64,000 bases of DNA from an uncultured Bacteroidota bacterium. Its GTDB lineage: Bacteria > Bacteroidota > Ignavibacteria > UBA10030 > UBA6906. Shown in pieces: positions 60,830 through 64,000 of the stretch; the stretch's first letter is position 1; each line of letters begins with the position of its first letter. The position numbers and the translations under genes were made by a program. A model generated the notes under the pieces. The model was not told the DNA's origin. It did not search any database and worked only from the letters and a program-made list of their open reading frames with translations. Location: NCBI GenBank assembly GCA_963700635.1, contig CAVOYH010000004.1:96001-160000 (forward strand), read 5' to 3'.

Positions 60830-63800
60830 TGTATCTCTCAAAACTCGAAATCCAGGGCTTTAAGTCTTTCGCCCAGCGTGTTACGCTGAATTTTGACAGC
60901 GGGATCTCCGCGATTGTCGGGCCCAACGGGTGTGGCAAAACCAATATTGTGGATGCCATCCGATGGGTTCTTGGCGAGCAACGCTACAGCGCTCTGCGCA
61001 GCGAGAAGATGGAGGATGTGATCTTTAATGGGACCAAATCGCGAAAGCCTCTTGGCATGGCGGAGGCGTCGCTGGTCATCGAGAACACAAAGGGCATCCT
61101 CCCGTCAGAATATACCCAGGTTACCATCGGACGCCGCATCTACCGTTCCGGCGACAGCGAATATCTGCTCAATAAGGTTCCGTGCCGTCTCAAGGACATT
61201 ATCGACCTATTTATGGACACCGGCATGGGAGCCGATGCCTATTCGGTGATCGAATTAAAAATGGTCGAGACCATCCTGAGCGACCGCACCGATGAGCGGC
61301 GGCGGCTGTTCGAAGAAGCGGCAGGAGTCACAAAGTACAAGCACCGCCGGAAAGCAGCCTACCGAAAACTGGAATCCGTTCAAACCGACCTTCTCAGGGT
61401 GAATGACCTCGTTGCTGAAGTCCAGAAGGCCGTGAACACCCTGGAGCGCCAGGCGCGGCGTGCCGAACAATTTAACGAGGTGAAAGACCGGTTGCGGATG
61501 CTCGAAATTGATCTCCTCGAGCGCGAGTACGCACAGGTGACAAGCCGGCTTGAACCTCTGCAAGCCCGGCAGCTCAGTCTCCGGACGCAGGGTAGTACCG
61601 CGGACGGCGATCTGGAAAGCGCGGAATCCTCGCTCGGGGTGCTGCGCTCCGCATTGCTGTCATCGGAAAAACAGCTGGCCGAAGCGCAACGTGACGCCAG
61701 CATGCACCGCGAAAAAGTCCATCGGGTCGAAGAAAAGAATCTCGTTGCAGGCGAGCGAACAAATGCCCTGCAGGAACTGATACAACGGCTGGATCAGGAA
61801 GAGAGTGATCGACAGCAGGAGCGCCTCCGGCAGGAGACCTTACGCGAGGCATCCCAGGTGCGCCTGCAGGATCTCCGCACACAGGAACAACAACTCCGGG
61901 CCGATCAGACGTTGCGTCAATCGGAATTTGAGGATACCGAACGCCGCCTTGCGGAGAAGAAGAGTGAAGTCAAATCCCTGAATGACTCCATGATCCTCCT
62001 CGTGCATCGCATCGCCGAGCGGCAGTCTGAACAGGACCTGGGTCAGGGGCGTATCGACACCATCCAGGCCAGCCTGGGCGAGGTCGAGGAGGAGAGCCGG
62101 TCCTACACCACCGAACTCCAGCGCCTTGCAGAGACGATTGCAGCCCTTACCGAGGAAGACCGCCAGCGCCGTCGGTCGTTCGCAGAAGCTGAAGTACGGT
62201 ACTACGACACAGAAAAACGCAAACAAGAACTCCGCGGCCACGCCGAGTCGCTCCTGCAAGAGCAGACAGGGATCCGGTCCGAGATCGAACGCGCGTCGGC
62301 CCGCATTGATTTCCTGAAAAGTTTGATGGAGAGCCGGGAAGGGTATGCCGAAGGCGTACGCTTCCTGTCCATGTCCGACCGCTGGCATCCCACGCGCAAA
62401 CTCACGGTTGCAGATGCATTACACGCCGATGAGCAGTACCGGATAGCCATTGAAGCGGCTCTTGGCGAGGCGGGTGGCCTGATGATCGTCGATCGCGCCG
62501 CCGATGCGGAGCTGGGTGTCATTCTGTTACAGGAGGAGCAGAAAGGAAAGGCAACCTTTGTGTGCCTCGACAGGCTCCCCCGGATTACGCGTGACTACCG
62601 GTTGCCCCCGTTGCCCGGCGTGCATGGGTGGGCTCTTGATCTTGCCCGTTTTGACCCGGAGTTTGCGCCACTGTTTGGCTTCCTGTTTGATCGTGTGCTG
62701 GTCGTGGATGATCATGCCACCGCCGAACAGGTGACTGCCATGGCAAGCGGGATCCGGTGCGTGACGTTGCAGGGCGAAATCAGCACCTCGGTGGGCGTGC
62801 TGCGCGGCGGGAGCCGCCGGCATGATGAAGGCGGTACAATCGGAAAACAACACCAGGTGGATGATCTCAAGAGCCAGATCGTGGTGTTATCAAGCAGGAT
62901 TGAGTCAGTGGAACACGATCGGACCGCACTGTTGGCCGAACATGACGGCATCGACCTGAAAGCTCTCTCCGAAGAGGTCAAGGCGATCGAAAAAGAGATG
63001 CACGGGGTGGAGATGCGTATCGCCCAGCTGGCCTTTGAACGGAAACGCGCAGAGGAAACGATCGAGGCAAATCATGAACACCGGAAACGTCTTACCGCCG
63101 AAATCGAAGGGCTGCGTGCAGAACGTGATTCGTTGCTCCCCGAACTTGAAGAATCCCGGAAAGAAAAACAGAGCGTCGATCAGCGTATCGAAGAGGCGAC
63201 AGGGGAGCTGGTACACCTGGAAGACGAGTGGACCCGCCGGTCACGAGTTGTCCAGGACCTTGGTCTTGCCCTCGTGCGCGTAAGCAATAACTACCAGACA
63301 GCCGAGAACGACCTCCAGCGCACCGGTGCGGCAATTGCCGGTATACTGGAATCCTCAGAGAAGCACAGGACGGACACAGAACATGCGCACGTAGCGCTTG
63401 TGAACGTTTCGGGAGGCGTGGAGGAAAATCGTCACGACCTCGAGCGTCTGTTTCAAGAGCTGGCCGTCCTTGAGTCCTCACGCGCTGATGCCGAAGCCCA
63501 AACAGACCGCATGCGTAATGAGATCCACGCAACCGAACTGCGCATACGGGACCAGAGACGTCTCCACGATGATGCGCTCCGGACACTTCACGACACGGAG
63601 CTGAAGATTGCTGATCTCCAGGCGCGCTCACACCATCTCGTGGACCGCGCCCGTGAAGAATTCGAACTCGCTCTTGAACTCAAGACCTATCCCGAGTCGG
63701 AGTTTGTGGATTTCGCAGTCCTGCGTGAGGAAATTCAGGGGCTCAAGGACCGTCTCCGGACCCTGGGAAACATCAATTTCGCCGCGTTTGAAGAATATAC

Positions 63801-64000
63801 CCAGGAAAAGCAGCGGTTTGATTTTATGACGACGCAGCGCAAGGATCTGCTGGAAGCGGAGAAAACATTACTGACGACGATCGAGGAAATTAATGCCACC
63901 GCCCAGAAGAAATTTCTTGATACGTTCGCGCTGATCCGCGCCAATTTTGTTGAGACCTTTAAGAGTCTTTTTGATCCCGGGGACGAATGTGACCTGAAGC
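60829..64000 (+). CDS. smc: Chromosome segregation protein SMC (runs off window end; absent from ORF track)
   Basis: MYLSKLEIQGFKSFA, IVGPNGCGKTNIVDAIRWVLGE, FEEAAG, coiled coils, hinge (AIEAALG, GKATF), LGNINFAA; TAATG overlap with the GH2 gene. Confidence 0.96.
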   Translation, partial: MYLSKLEIQGFKSFAQRVTLNFDSGISAIVGPNGCGKTNIVDAIRWVLGEQRYSALRSEKMEDVIFNGTKSRKPLGMAEASLVIENTKGILPSEYTQVTIGRRIYRSGDSEYLLNKVPCRLKDIIDLFMDTGMGADAYSVIELKMVETILSDRTDERRRLFEEAAGVTKYKHRRKAAYRKLESVQTDLLRVNDLVAEVQKAVNTLERQARRAEQFNEVKDRLRMLEIDLLEREYAQVTSRLEPLQARQLSLRTQGSTADGDLESAESSLGVLRSALLSSEKQLAEAQRDASMHREKVHRVEEKNLVAGERTNALQELIQRLDQEESDRQQERLRQETLREASQVRLQDLRTQEQQLRADQTLRQSEFEDTERRLAEKKSEVKSLNDSMILLVHRIAERQSEQDLGQGRIDTIQASLGEVEEESRSYTTELQRLAETIAALTEEDRQRRRSFAEAEVRYYDTEKRKQELRGHAESLLQEQTGIRSEIERASARIDFLKSLMESREGYAEGVRFLSMSDRWHPTRKLTVADALHADEQYRIAIEAALGEAGGLMIVDRAADAELGVILLQEEQKGKATFVCLDRLPRITRDYRLPPLPGVHGWALDLARFDPEFAPLFGFLFDRVLVVDDHATAEQVTAMASGIRCVTLQGEISTSVGVLRGGSRRHDEGGTIGKQHQVDDLKSQIVVLSSRIESVEHDRTALLAEHDGIDLKALSEEVKAIEKEMHGVEMRIAQLAFERKRAEETIEANHEHRKRLTAEIEGLRAERDSLLPELEESRKEKQSVDQRIEEATGELVHLEDEWTRRSRVVQDLGLALVRVSNNYQTAENDLQRTGAAIAGILESSEKHRTDTEHAHVALVNVSGGVEENRHDLERLFQELAVLESSRADAEAQTDRMRNEIHATELRIRDQRRLHDDALRTLHDTELKIADLQARSHHLVDRAREEFELALELKTYPESEFVDFAVLREEIQGLKDRLRTLGNINFAAFEEYTQEKQRFDFMTTQRKDLLEAEKTLLTTIEEINATAQKKFLDTFALIRANFVETFKSLFDPGDECDLK

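Overview
This 64 kb bacterial chromosomal window is mostly on the + strand. Gene content points to an Ignavibacteria/Chlorobi-side Bacteroidota organism (inference from the short Bacteroidota-type RpoD, a bL38/DUF4295-like protein, a DUF5683-like protein, and use of Shine-Dalgarno sites). About 52 kb is housekeeping: psd-pssA-purSQ-tatA/tatA-gatA-sucD-ndk, deoB-rpoD-def-fmt, parAB-ridA-spmAB, proline dehydrogenase-OPT-pepD, ppx-DUF47-pit, uvrB-comF, gap-pgk-ispG-folD, pruA-sucC-gatB-tpiA and a partial smc. The standout region is 1.4-11 kb, a signalling cluster between oligopeptide ABC permease genes and a tRNA-Gln/tRNA-Glu pair. It encodes a Ser/Thr kinase-STAND-like ATPase-TPR protein, a sigma54 activator with an atypical receiver, and a putative UAS plus -24/-12 promoter. 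That promoter precedes a lipoprotein with a ZU5/Nup98-like HFS autoproteolysis motif 7 residues from its C-terminus, a TPR protein, a GAF histidine kinase and a PP2C phosphatase. Other oddities: two probable CTG start codons overlapping upstream TGA stops (deoB, gatB), three single-base frameshifts (ompA-like, sucC, GH2), a probably inactive membrane-anchored GH2, an MFSD1-like transporter, and a recurring TTGnnn-N17-TAnnTT promoter pattern. No CRISPR array, integrase or transposase was seen. All family assignments are from motif recognition by eye; no database searches were run.
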